DNA of 64,000 nt from Methanomassiliicoccales archaeon PtaU1.Bin124 (GTDB lineage: Archaea > Thermoplasmatota > Thermoplasmata > Methanomassiliicoccales > UBA472), in the NCBI GenBank assembly GCA_002067865.1, contig MVRC01000011.1, forward strand, positions 136,573 to 200,572, given 5' to 3'. The position numbers and the translations under genes were made by a program. Below the pieces are notes generated by a model. That model saw only the letters and a program-made list of their open reading frames with translations. It ran no database searches and had not been told where the DNA came from. Shown piece after piece: positions 29,366 to 38,470 of the stretch (position 1 is the first letter of the stretch; each line of letters starts with the position of its first letter).

Positions 29366-29964
29366 GCCACCACCCTGGCCAATAGCATGTTCTCCACATC
29401 ATCGATCTTGTCCCCGCGCTTGGCGCTGGTGACCAGCACCTGGGCCTTGGGGTTCAATCCATGCAATAGGTCGCTCACATCGGCGATCTTGGCGTCGTCC
29501 ACCAGGTCGCACTTGTTCAATGCCACGACGTCGACGTCCTCGATCTGGCGGCGGAAGAACAGCTCCGCCTCGCGGTAGATCTTCTCTGCCCGATAGGCAT
29601 CCACGACGCAGATGGCTAGCTTGTCCTCGTACTCAACCATCGAGGTGCGTATGAGATTATTGATCTTGGACGGCAGCGCTATGCCGGTCGGCTCGATGAA
29701 GACGAAATCGGCCTTGAAGTCCTTCGAGACCGTGCGCAGGGTATTGGTCAGGCTGCCCGACAGGGAGCAGCAGATGCATCCTTCCGTCAACTCCACGCTG
29801 TTCAGCCCGTAGGAATCGATCAACGCTCCGTCTACGCCGACCTCGCCGACCTCGTTGACGATGATCGCCACCCTTTTTCCTCTTTTACCTAGCCTCTTAC
29901 CGAGGTCTATCATCAATGTGGTTTTACCGCTTCCCAGGAACCCCGATATGAGACAGATTATCAT
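29362..29964 (-). CDS. CobW/COG0523-like G3E P-loop GTPase lacking the CobW C-terminal domain
   Basis: GFLGSGKTT, VNEVGEVGVDG, GCICC, EPTG, NKCD. Confidence 0.85.
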   Translation of the reverse strand: MIICLISGFLGSGKTTLMIDLGKRLGKRGKRVAIIVNEVGEVGVDGALIDSYGLNSVELTEGCICCSLSGSLTNTLRTVSKDFKADFVFIEPTGIALPSKINNLIRTSMVEYEDKLAICVVDAYRAEKIYREAELFFRRQIEDVDVVALNKCDLVDDAKIADVSDLLHGLNPKAQVLVTSAKRGDKIDDVENMLLARVVA

Positions 29965-30031
29965 GTGCTCCAATGAAGCGACTGGATATGTTATAATACT
30001 TGTGGCCAGTCGTTCTGACGGATGAAAAAAA

Positions 30032-30877
30032 TCAATCTAGGGTGCTCTGCGGGATGTCCTGGTCCAGGATCTCCCCGGTCCCCTGCTGGCCCCGCTTCGC
30101 TATCCTGATATTCTTCCCGACCGTGACGGTCATCAGGTCCTCCGCGGCAACGGTCTTCACACCGCTGTTCTCCTCGATGTATCTGGCCTGCTTGTCGGTG
30201 CCGTCGAAGATGAGCTTCGCCCCGAAATGGGTCAGTAACGCCATCTCCGGCCTGACCCGCTTGACGATCTCGGCCGCATCCTCGGTGCAGATGTGGTTCG
30301 GCACGCGAGCCTTTAGCGGCCTTGTCAGAGCGAGTATTAAGATGCGGCAGCCCTCGTGCTGCTTGACCACATCATCGTCCAGCTCGGTGTCGCTCATGTA
30401 GCCTATCTTGCCGTCGCTGGTATGGAATATGAACCCGACACCGGTGGGGTCGCTGTGCTTGGTCTTGACCACGCCGATGCGCATCATGCCGATGCGAACC
30501 TCGTCACCAGGCGTCACCATGACCTTCTTGTCCGGCAGGGACAGGTGATAGTTAGACAGCGCAGGGCCGTGGCCATCGCCCCCCTCCATGACGCTGCGGC
30601 TTCCCACCAACCAACCTCTCTTCTTCAACCCTCCCCTGGTCATGCCTTCCACCAGCACCTCGGCATCGGTGTAGTGGTCAGGGTGGCAATGGGAGATGAG
30701 GACCGCCTCGGTCTTGGCCGGGTCCATCTTGAGCTTGGCCATGTTGACCAACGCCCCCGGACCCGGATCGATATGGAGGTTTACCCCGTCCCTGAGGTAA
30801 AGACCGCCGGTGCTGCGCACCTGGTATATAGTGGCGAAACGCCCTCCTCCGGTCCCCAGGAACGTCAAGCTTGTCAT
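30032..30877 (-). CDS. MBL-fold metallo-hydrolase (conserved archaeal, phosphodiesterase/RNase Z-like)
   Basis: FLGTGGGR, IDPGPG, SHCHPDH. Confidence 0.8.
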   Translation of the reverse strand: MTSLTFLGTGGGRFATIYQVRSTGGLYLRDGVNLHIDPGPGALVNMAKLKMDPAKTEAVLISHCHPDHYTDAEVLVEGMTRGGLKKRGWLVGSRSVMEGGDGHGPALSNYHLSLPDKKVMVTPGDEVRIGMMRIGVVKTKHSDPTGVGFIFHTSDGKIGYMSDTELDDDVVKQHEGCRILILALTRPLKARVPNHICTEDAAEIVKRVRPEMALLTHFGAKLIFDGTDKQARYIEENSGVKTVAAEDLMTVTVGKNIRIAKRGQQGTGEILDQDIPQSTLD

Positions 30878-30988
30878 GGATATCAGAACTTCAGATCCGA
30901 ACTGACAACCCCAAGCCTCCTGGCATATTCAATTTTTCCCAAGTGTTCGAGGAATGTTATTTATCGGTCGCGGGGTGTATCCAGCCCG

Positions 30989-32281
30989 ATGTCGAGCCTC
31001 ATCGTGAAGAACGCCCTCATCGTGACCCAGGACAAGGACCGGAGAATCATCAAGGGGGACATCCTCGTGGAGGACAATCTGATCGTCCAGGTGGGTAAGG
31101 TCACGGGCGACGCAGATGAGGTGATCGAAGCGGGCGGGGACATCGTCATGCCCGGCATGGTCAACACGCATTCCCACATAGCCATGTCTGTCATGAAGGG
31201 AGTGGCCGACGACGTGCCGTTCGGAAAGTTCCTCGACAAGGTGTTCGCCATCGACTCCGACAGGCAGGAGAAGGACCTCCTGGCCGGCGCCAAGTTGGGT
31301 GCGATGGAGATGCTCCTCTCAGGCACCACCACCTTCGTGGACATGTACTATTCCGAGGACATCATCGCCAAGGCGGTGCAACAGGCAGGGTTGCGTGGTG
31401 TGCTTTGCTGGGCGGTGCTGGACGTTCAGTTCACAACGCAGAAGGGTGTTCCGCTGGACAACTGCAAACGCTTCTTCGCAGAGCACAAGGACCAGGAACG
31501 GATCTATCCCGGCATTGGCCTGCAAGGAGTATATGTCTGCTCGACAGAGACGTTCCAAGCATCAGAGGAGTTCTCCCGTTCCAGCGGTGCATTGATGCAC
31601 TTCCACCTTTCCGAGACCCGGAAGGAGGTCTACGATCACAAGGACAAGACCGGGAAGAGGCCGGCGGACTACCTGGAATCGATCGGCGTGCTGAGCGACC
31701 GCTGCCTGGCCGCACACTCCGCCTGGCTCACCATCAACGAGGTGAAGGCGCTGGGGCGGAACGGCTGCAGCATCGCCACCTGCCCGGTGTCGAACATGAA
31801 GCTGGCGACCGGCGGGGTGGCGCCCATCCCGGAGATGATGATGAACGGCGTCAATGTCAGCGTCGGAACCGATGGCTCCACCACGAACAACAGTCTGGAC
31901 ATGTTCGGCGAGATGAAGATGCTGGCGCTCCTGCAGAAGTCCTACCGCTGGGACCCGACGATCCTGCCAGCCCAGCAGGTGCTTGACCTGGTGACGCTCA
32001 ATGGCGCCAAGGCGGTGCATCTGGAGATGGAGATAGGCTCGATCGAGGTGGGCAAGAAGGCCGACATGGTCATCCTGGATGGCAAGGCGCCGAATCTCCG
32101 ACCCCTGCTGCCTGACAATGTGGTCTCCAACATCGTCTACTGCGGCAATGCTGGCAACGTCAAGACCGTTCTATGCGACGGCAAGGCGGTCGTCAGGGAC
32201 AGGCATGTTCGCACCATGGACCAGAAGAAGGTGCTGGAAGAGAGCGAGCCAGCATTGATCTCTTTGAGGAAAGGCCATTGA
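30989..32281 (+). CDS. amidohydrolase, MTA/SAH/5'-deoxyadenosine deaminase-like
   Basis: NTHSH, HFHLSET, CPVSNMKL, GTDG..NN.LDM; start trimmed to ATG 30989. Confidence 0.85.
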   Translation: MSSLIVKNALIVTQDKDRRIIKGDILVEDNLIVQVGKVTGDADEVIEAGGDIVMPGMVNTHSHIAMSVMKGVADDVPFGKFLDKVFAIDSDRQEKDLLAGAKLGAMEMLLSGTTTFVDMYYSEDIIAKAVQQAGLRGVLCWAVLDVQFTTQKGVPLDNCKRFFAEHKDQERIYPGIGLQGVYVCSTETFQASEEFSRSSGALMHFHLSETRKEVYDHKDKTGKRPADYLESIGVLSDRCLAAHSAWLTINEVKALGRNGCSIATCPVSNMKLATGGVAPIPEMMMNGVNVSVGTDGSTTNNSLDMFGEMKMLALLQKSYRWDPTILPAQQVLDLVTLNGAKAVHLEMEIGSIEVGKKADMVILDGKAPNLRPLLPDNVVSNIVYCGNAGNVKTVLCDGKAVVRDRHVRTMDQKKVLEESEPALISLRKGH

Positions 32282-32299
32282 GGCTGGAAGAAATAAAAG

Positions 32300-32410
32300 T
32301 CCCGACTCCCGGATTTGAACCGGGGGCCTGCTGATATCGGCGTCAAAGTAACCGGCAAGCCGGTAAACCCACTACAGTCAGCCGCTCCAGCCAGTCTGAG
32401 CTAAGTCGGG
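32300..32410 (-). tRNA. tRNA-Tyr (GTA) with 36-nt intron at 37/38 (intron 32336-32371)
   Basis: acceptor CCCGACT/AGTCGGG, D-stem GCTC/GAGC, anticodon stem GCTGA/TCAGC, loop CT-GTA-G|A, T-loop TTCAAAT. Confidence 0.92.
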
Positions 32411-32701
32411 TGATTTGCTCCTAATTACCTCACCATATTTAGTATTAACCCCCATGCCACGGCCTATCACAACCAGGTCCAGCAGTCGCCTGAGTGCTGG
32501 CCCTCCCTGACTAATGCTTTCTTTTCCAGGTCCATCTTGGCAACGTTCCTTCCGTTTTCTCGGGCAATAGCAGATCAAAAACGACGCCTCTTGTGAAGAT
32601 AAAGCAGACCAAAGGTCCGACCGTGATTTTCTTACACTTCATTGTTCCAGCATATCTTGGTTAACAAAAGTATAAATAGGGATCACGTGTTACTTTGTCC
32701 G

Positions 32702-32730
32702 ACAAAAAAGGTCTATCCGACCTCTTTTGT
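32702..32730 (+). promoter_or_regulatory. 12-bp inverted repeat just downstream of a TATA box, in the leader of the RHH gene
   Basis: TATAAATA at 32671-32678; ACAAAAAAGGTC-TATCC-GACCTCTTTTGT. Confidence 0.5.
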
Positions 32731-32748
32731 ACTCCAAGGTGTAAGGCA

Positions 32749-32988
32749 ATGGAGGACACGGACCTCGAAAAGGTGACCTTGCGCCTGCCGGCCCGGTACA
32801 TAAGGGCATTGGACTTCCTCGTGAAGGCCGATGACTTTCCGTCCCGGTCCGAGGCGATAAGGGCTGCCGTCAGGGACTTCATCTATGCTAGGGTCGATCT
32901 CGTAGCAGATAAGATGAAGAAAATGGACGAGGCCGAGAAGACCCTTGCCCAGATCGAGGAGCTGGAAGAAAGGTATCTGAAGAAGTAA
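32749..32988 (+). CDS. ribbon-helix-helix protein, CdrS/CopG-like
   Basis: EKVTLRLP...FPSRSEAIRAAVRD; start ATG 32749. Confidence 0.8.
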   Translation: MEDTDLEKVTLRLPARYIRALDFLVKADDFPSRSEAIRAAVRDFIYARVDLVADKMKKMDEAEKTLAQIEELEERYLKK

Positions 32989-33114
32989 GCCGGTCAGAAT
33001 GGGATGGGGTGCACGTTCTGAAGGGCTGAGGTCACAATTACCTCCCCTTATTTTTTTATTTTTTTATAATTGGTTTAGCAGAAGCTAACTGGAAAAAATA
33101 TAAGAATGGAAGAT

Positions 33115-33131
33115 GAGGCCAGCATGGCCTT
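33115..33131 (-). terminator. hairpin ending the rpl44e-PAC2 operon
   Basis: GAGGCCA-GCA-TGGCCTT, followed on the minus strand by a T-rich run. Confidence 0.45.
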
Positions 33132-33142
33132 CGTAAGTGATT

Positions 33143-33901
33143 TTAACCGATGTAACCGAGGTCCTCTTTCCGCGGTTCCTGCGGCGCCTCGATCTCCTTA
33201 ATCTTCGAGGCTAGGGCATCGATCTGCTCGGCCTTGTCCCTCAGTGCACTGTAGTCGACCTCGACCTTGAGGATGTTCGATAGGACCTTGAGCACGCCCT
33301 CGGCCCCCTTGGGGTCTACGAAGTAACCGGAGGTCTCTCCCATGAGGCATACGGCCTCGAAACCCTGGCTCTTGCCCAGGCCCAACAGCAGTCCCGAAGC
33401 CCCAACGATGCCGCTCCCCGGCTCTCCCTTCGAGAAGACGACCCCCTTCTCCTTCATCTCATTGACCAGTGTCGCGTCGGTCGCAGCGCCCAGGACGCGC
33501 GGGTTCTCGACCATGCGGCCGATGCCATACCCACCCAGGGTGTAGATACGCTTCACTCCCAGCCTCTTCGAGACCTGAAGCATATGATATGACAGCTCGT
33601 ACTGGCCTTCCGGCGTCAGACCCTGGTAATCACCGATCAGGACGACCAGGTCAGGGGCCTCTCCGTTCCTCTTCACGTAATAGAGCTCGTTGCAGACCAG
33701 CCTGATGATGCCGTTATCGTCGACCAGCACCTGCGGCGGGAAGAACTTGGAATAGATGTCTGCGAACTTCGTGGCCTTGAGCTGCTCCACCAGGTGTTCG
33801 GCCGCCAGCTTTCCGACGTTGCCAACGCCAGGCAGTCCCTCGACCAGGATGGGGGCGTTGAGTTCAGGCCATTCCTTCTCGATCATTATGATGCTATCCA
33901 T
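33143..33901 (-). CDS. proteasome assembly chaperone PAC2 family
   Basis: EGLPGVGNVGK, GIVGASGLLLG, LMGETSGY..DP; start ATG 33901. Confidence 0.9.
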   Translation of the reverse strand: MDSIIMIEKEWPELNAPILVEGLPGVGNVGKLAAEHLVEQLKATKFADIYSKFFPPQVLVDDNGIIRLVCNELYYVKRNGEAPDLVVLIGDYQGLTPEGQYELSYHMLQVSKRLGVKRIYTLGGYGIGRMVENPRVLGAATDATLVNEMKEKGVVFSKGEPGSGIVGASGLLLGLGKSQGFEAVCLMGETSGYFVDPKGAEGVLKVLSNILKVEVDYSALRDKAEQIDALASKIKEIEAPQEPRKEDLGYIG

Positions 33902-34067
33902 CGTTCTCCCTCCTTTCCTTGAGCAACATCCTGCGGTATTTCCCCCAACGGTCCTCGGGGGAATACCTCGCCGGTATCGGCACGATGGTGCTCTGGCCGC
34001 AGCGGGGGCACACATCTTTCAGAGTGTACTCATCACAATTGCGGCATTTCCTGAGCGAGGTCTTCAT
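33894..34067 (-). CDS. nop10: H/ACA RNP protein Nop10 (57 aa, not in ORF track)
   Basis: hand translation MKTSLRKCRNCDEYTLKDVCPRCG...PARYSPEDRWGKYRR. Confidence 0.92.
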   Translation of the reverse strand: MKTSLRKCRNCDEYTLKDVCPRCGQSTIVPIPARYSPEDRWGKYRRMLLKERRENDG

Positions 34068-34119
34068 AAGTTCCTCAATCCGGTATAAGACATGGCGAAG
34101 AGGTTTGAATAAGGTTGCC

Positions 34120-34905
34120 CTACTTGTTCACATCGCGGGTGAAGGAGCCCTCTCCCCCACACTCCTTGATGCTGGACAATATTTCAGTGGTGGCCGCCTT
34201 GAGGTCCTCTTCGGCCTCCTTGTAATCAGGGGCGGAGACCACGATCCTATACCTCGGCGCACCGATGTACTGGATCTTCATCCGGTCCTCACGGCCCTCC
34301 AGGCCGAGGATCAAAGCTTTCTTGATCGCTTCGATGCCATCTGCGGCCGGGCAGCGCAGTTCCAGATGACCTGCGATCTCGACCAGTGGCGGCATGACGT
34401 TCTCAATGGCGACCTGGTTGAACGCGTCGACCCAGTCACCGGAGAAACCGGCCTCTTTCAGGCTTTCCTTGTTGGCCGCGCAGGCCTCGAACGCAGCATA
34501 TAGCGTTCCATACTGCTCCATCAGGGCATATCCGAACTTCTCGAAGGCGGCCTTGACCGGCATGCCGACGCGCTCTGCGACGATCTCCAGCAGCTTGTCC
34601 GCCTTGTTCTCGTTCTTCCACTCCTGGATCTTGTCACGCCGCTGATGCTCGTTGACAGATTTCAGAGAGAGGTCGATATGTCCTTTGCTGGTGTCCACTC
34701 CGAGGACCTTGCAGACCACCTTCTGGCCTTCCCTCACATGGTCTCGGATGTACTTTACCCAGCCCGTGGCAACATCTCGGACATGTATGAAGCCCTCCTT
34801 GTTGCCGTACTCGTCCAGGGTGACGAACGCCCCGAAGTTCTTAACGTTCTGTACAGTACATACAACGAGTTCGGATTCCTCCGGGAACTCGCTGGTCTTC
34901 GGCAT
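34120..34905 (-). CDS. eif2a: translation initiation factor 2 alpha subunit
   Basis: S1 domain FPEESELVVCTV...GFIH..V..GWVK; IGAPRYRI; start ATG 34905. Confidence 0.93.
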   Translation of the reverse strand: MPKTSEFPEESELVVCTVQNVKNFGAFVTLDEYGNKEGFIHVRDVATGWVKYIRDHVREGQKVVCKVLGVDTSKGHIDLSLKSVNEHQRRDKIQEWKNENKADKLLEIVAERVGMPVKAAFEKFGYALMEQYGTLYAAFEACAANKESLKEAGFSGDWVDAFNQVAIENVMPPLVEIAGHLELRCPAADGIEAIKKALILGLEGREDRMKIQYIGAPRYRIVVSAPDYKEAEEDLKAATTEILSSIKECGGEGSFTRDVNK

Positions 34906-35084
34906 TAGTCGACCACCTCTAGCAGCTCCCCCTTGATCTCTCCCTGCCCACCGCGGGGCTTGATCAGGGTTGAGCCGCAAACGTGGCACGTGACGTTGAT
35001 GGCCGGCTTCTTGAAAGCCAGCTGCTCGTTCCCACAGTCGGCGCACTTGATCTTCACAAAGTTGTTGGTATGTGTCATGAGCAT
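34905..35084 (-). CDS. rps27e: 30S ribosomal protein S27e
   Basis: FVKIKCADCGNEQ...CHVCG. Confidence 0.93.
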   Translation of the reverse strand: MLMTHTNNFVKIKCADCGNEQLAFKKPAINVTCHVCGSTLIKPRGGQGEIKGELLEVVD

Positions 35085-35362
35085 CACTCCGTCAGCTCGA
35101 ACTTCTTCGCACGGAAGCAGGGGCTCTGATGGGCCTTCTTGCACTTCTTGCAGCGGTAGCGGAGGTTGACCCTCTTGGTCGGCTTCTCACGTCCCTCCGG
35201 CTTAGGCCGAGGGAAACCACCGTATCCAGACGTGGCCCTACGGAATCTGCGCTGACCCCACGCCAGTTCGCTTGCTTTCTTCTTTTTGACCCTCTCGACC
35301 TCATGGTCGGTGTGGGTTTTGCAGTGGGGACAGTAAGTCTTAATCGCCCTGGGCATTTTCAT
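35084..35362 (-). CDS. rpl44e: 50S ribosomal protein L44e
   Basis: [29 protein letters not shown]. Confidence 0.95.
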   Translation of the reverse strand: MKMPRAIKTYCPHCKTHTDHEVERVKKKKASELAWGQRRFRRATSGYGGFPRPKPEGREKPTKRVNLRYRCKKCKKAHQSPCFRAKKFELTE

Positions 35363-35788
35363 TATAATCACCCTTGGATAAGGGAGGGCTAATACTCAAT
35401 TATTATTTAAACTCTTAGCACCCGGAGGCATGCTGGAATGATGCTGGCCACATCATTTTATTTTGCGCCAGCGGCGATGCAGAAAGTTAGTGTTTTCTAT
35501 AATAATTAATGGAATTTTTCCTGGCCCTTAAAGGTTCCGGAACCGACCTCCCTTTCCCGACCCTATTTCCTTAACAGGAGGGGGCTTCTGATGCCGATGA
35601 ACGTCCATTCTATGATGGCCATATAATTGTAAATTTATCCAGCATGTCAATGATAAAAATCAATAGCCAGCATGTTATCCAGTCATTTCAATATTAATTA
35701 GAAATAGAAAACGATTTATATCATCGACATAATAAATGTTTAACATAAACGCTATCAAAATCTCTTAAATTCGAGGGGAGTGTAATAG

Positions 35789-36166
35789 ATGGTAGATAGA
35801 GGATTCAGCAAAAAAGATGAGACCCTGGTCGACATCCTCATGGGCACGGGCATGCCTAAGAACGTCGCGAAGACGTTGGCGTACCTGCGCAAGAAGGAGG
35901 AGACGACGTCGGTCGACATCGAACTTTCAACCCAATTGCGGCAACCGGAGGTGTCGATCGCGATGCAAGAGCTCCGCCGCAGGAAATGGGTCATAAAGCG
36001 CGATATAAAGAAAGAGGGCAAGGGCCGCCCGGTACATGCCTACAAGCTTGCGATCCCGTTCGACAAGATCATCGAGACCTTGGAGAAGGAAGAGCGCAAG
36101 CGCATAGAGAGGATCGAGGCTAACATCGAGCTTCTCCGGCAACAGGCTCAAAACCTGGGGGCATAG
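35789..36166 (+). CDS. winged-HTH transcriptional regulator (COG4738/ArsR-like)
   Basis: LRQPEVSIAMQELR..WV..R..KKEGKGRP..Y.L. Confidence 0.8.
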   Translation: MVDRGFSKKDETLVDILMGTGMPKNVAKTLAYLRKKEETTSVDIELSTQLRQPEVSIAMQELRRRKWVIKRDIKKEGKGRPVHAYKLAIPFDKIIETLEKEERKRIERIEANIELLRQQAQNLGA

Positions 36167-36187
36167 TCCCCAAAATTCTTCCTTTCT

Positions 36188-36856
36188 TTACCTTTCCATT
36201 ATTTTTATCCCATTCTCTCCAGCCACGACCACTTTAGTGGCCATGCCAAGGAACAGTCCGGTCTCGACCACTCCTGGGATCCGTTTCAATCTCGTCTCCA
36301 GGCCCTTCGGGTCGGGGATCGATTCGAACCTGCAGTTGTATATGAGGTTGCCATTGTCAGTGATCGTCGGAGAGCCGCCTCCTCTCAGCTCGGGACGGCA
36401 TCCTAGCGCCTCGAGATGCCTCCTCGTCCGCTCGTGCCCGAACTGAACGACCTCGATGGGCAGGGGCGATTTCGTTCCCAGCATCTTGACGATCTTGGAA
36501 TCGTCAACGATGATCACTTCCTGCTTGGATATGTAGGCGACCATCTTCTCCCTGAGCAAGGCCGCGCCCATGCCCTTGATGAGGTCCAGTCCCCGGTCCA
36601 CCTCATCCGCCCCATCGATGGTGAGATCGATGGTCTCCACCTCGTCCAGCCTGAGCAGCGGGATTCCCAGTTTGCGGGCCTGCTCCTCCGTGGCGCTGGA
36701 GGTGGGAACGCCCTTCAGGTCCCATCCCTGCTTCACCAGGCGGCCGATGGCCTCCACTGCGAAGTAGGTCGTGCTGCCCGTCCCCAGGCCCAGCACCATC
36801 CCGTCCTGCACGAACTCGACCGCTCTCTCCGCCGCCAACCTCTTCTTCTCGCTCAT
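36188..36856 (-). CDS. rpiA: ribose-5-phosphate isomerase A
   Basis: GLGTGST, DGADEVD, IKGMGAALLREK, PGVVETGLF. Confidence 0.95.
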   Translation of the reverse strand: MSEKKRLAAERAVEFVQDGMVLGLGTGSTTYFAVEAIGRLVKQGWDLKGVPTSSATEEQARKLGIPLLRLDEVETIDLTIDGADEVDRGLDLIKGMGAALLREKMVAYISKQEVIIVDDSKIVKMLGTKSPLPIEVVQFGHERTRRHLEALGCRPELRGGGSPTITDNGNLIYNCRFESIPDPKGLETRLKRIPGVVETGLFLGMATKVVVAGENGIKIMER

Positions 36857-36860
36857 CCGC

Positions 36861-37568
36861 TCACCCCATGTTCTTGAGGATGAGGTCGCTCAGCTTCTCG
36901 GCGACATAGGTGTTAACCTTCTCCCCCGCCTCCTGGGAGGCGTCCTTGGCATGTCCTACGCATTGCTGCGGGAACCTGGTCTCGGGGTGTCGGTCGATGA
37001 CGTAGCGGGCTTCGGTGCTCGTACCGACCGGCCGCACCTCCTTCACCAGGTCCGGACGGAGCGCCATGATCCGCGACGTCTCCACCAGCCCACCATGCCC
37101 GTCCTTCCTTCCGCCGCACAGTTCGGCGGTCATCTCGTCGGCGATGAAGTAATCAGATAGCATCATTACCTTGACATCGTACATCTCCGCGATCTCCTCG
37201 CAGGCGGACTTCAATGCGGCGATGTGGATGCTGCCCGCATGTCCGCTCAGCACGACGATCTTCTTGACCCCGTTGGCCACGAGGGATTCCATGATGTCGA
37301 CCGCCAGGGCCTTCAGCGTCTCCATGCTGATGCCGATGGTCCCTGGCATCTTCTTGGTGGAGCTGTGCTGACCGTATGGGACCAGGGGAGCCACCAGGCC
37401 GCCCACCAGATCGGCCACGATCTCTGCCATGGCCACCGGCTGGATGCAATCCGTCGATAGCGGCAGATGGGGCCCATGCGCCTCGATGGCACCGAAAGGT
37501 ATGATGACGACCGGGTCCGACCTGACGGACTCCGCGAACTCATCGGACGTGAGTTCGGCGATGCGCAT
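36861..37568 (-). CDS. creatininase/ArfB/MftE family amidohydrolase
   Basis: GAIEAHGPHLPL.TD, SGHAG, DGHGG..ETS; start ATG 37568. Confidence 0.85.
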   Translation of the reverse strand: MRIAELTSDEFAESVRSDPVVIIPFGAIEAHGPHLPLSTDCIQPVAMAEIVADLVGGLVAPLVPYGQHSSTKKMPGTIGISMETLKALAVDIMESLVANGVKKIVVLSGHAGSIHIAALKSACEEIAEMYDVKVMMLSDYFIADEMTAELCGGRKDGHGGLVETSRIMALRPDLVKEVRPVGTSTEARYVIDRHPETRFPQQCVGHAKDASQEAGEKVNTYVAEKLSDLILKNMG

Positions 37569-37723
37569 CACTTTTCCCCCTTCTTCGGTTTTATCAGCCT
37601 GGTCCCGCAAACAGGACAGTTGCCCTTGGCAATCGCATCGGATTTGAACTGTTCCGCCAGCTGGCGGCCGATCTCTTCCATCCTCTCATCTGGGATGGTC
37701 TTGTTGCACTTCGGGCAGTACAT
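37568..37723 (-). CDS. 51-aa zinc-ribbon protein (not in ORF track)
   Basis: hand translation MYCPKCNKTIPDERMEEIGRQLAEQFKSDAIAKGNCPVCGTRLIKPKKGEK; TGA overlaps next ATG. Confidence 0.8.
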   Translation of the reverse strand: MYCPKCNKTIPDERMEEIGRQLAEQFKSDAIAKGNCPVCGTRLIKPKKGEK

Positions 37724-37798
37724 GATGCCGCCATCGGCAAGCGCCTAGATATTTTCTCCGCGGCAAGATTGAATAGAACGATATCCCATGGAGCGGCC

Positions 37799-38470
37799 GT
37801 GAGGTTGGCAGCGCTCTTCTCCGGCGGCAAGGATTCCACCTACGCCATCATGCTGATGGAACAGATGGGGCATGAGGTCACGCATCTCATCACGATCGTT
37901 CCCAAGGATCCATATGCCATGCTCTTCCATACTCTGAACCTGAACCTCATCCCGCTGCAGGCGGAATCGATGGGGAAGGCTCTGGTGAGGGTGGGGTCGA
38001 GCGGCGAGGAGGCAGCGGACCTGGCCGCGTTGAAAGCTGCGTTGGCGTCAATCGAAGTGGAAGGGGTCATCACCGGCGCCATCGCGTCGGACTACCAGTG
38101 GGACCGGATAAACGGGGTGTGCGAGGACCTCGGCCTGCGCTGTTTCTCGCCCATGTGGCGGAAGGAACAGGAGACGCTGCTGAGGGATATGGCGGATGGA
38201 GGTCTGAAGGCCATCATCGTCGGGACCTTCGCGGAAGGCCTGGACAAGAGATGGCTCGGGATAGAATTGGACCATAAGGCCATCGATTCCCTCGTCAAAC
38301 TGAGAACAAGGTTCAGCGTCAATGTGTCCGGCGAGGGAGGAGAGTACGAGTCGTTGGTGCTGGATTCCCCGATGCACTCCCGCCCCATCGAGATCATCGA
38401 GACCAGGGTCGAGGAGGATATCAACTCGTCCAGATTGCGCGTCACCGATGCCAGGTTAGGGGATCGTTAG
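37799..38470 (+). CDS. diphthine--ammonia ligase (Dph6 family)
   Basis: LFSGGKDS, GAIASDYQ, GEGGEYESLVLD; GTG start 37799. Confidence 0.88.
   Translation: MRLAALFSGGKDSTYAIMLMEQMGHEVTHLITIVPKDPYAMLFHTLNLNLIPLQAESMGKALVRVGSSGEEAADLAALKAALASIEVEGVITGAIASDYQWDRINGVCEDLGLRCFSPMWRKEQETLLRDMADGGLKAIIVGTFAEGLDKRWLGIELDHKAIDSLVKLRTRFSVNVSGEGGEYESLVLDSPMHSRPIEIIETRVEEDINSSRLRVTDARLGDR

Noticed and set aside
30356-30988. N-terminal extension of the 641-aa amidohydrolase ORF
   Set aside because: It overlaps the MBL hydrolase antisense; family similarity starts at ATG 30989
34906-35046. N-terminal extension of the eIF2-alpha ORF
   Set aside because: It is an alternative frame of rps27e; the true start is ATG 34905
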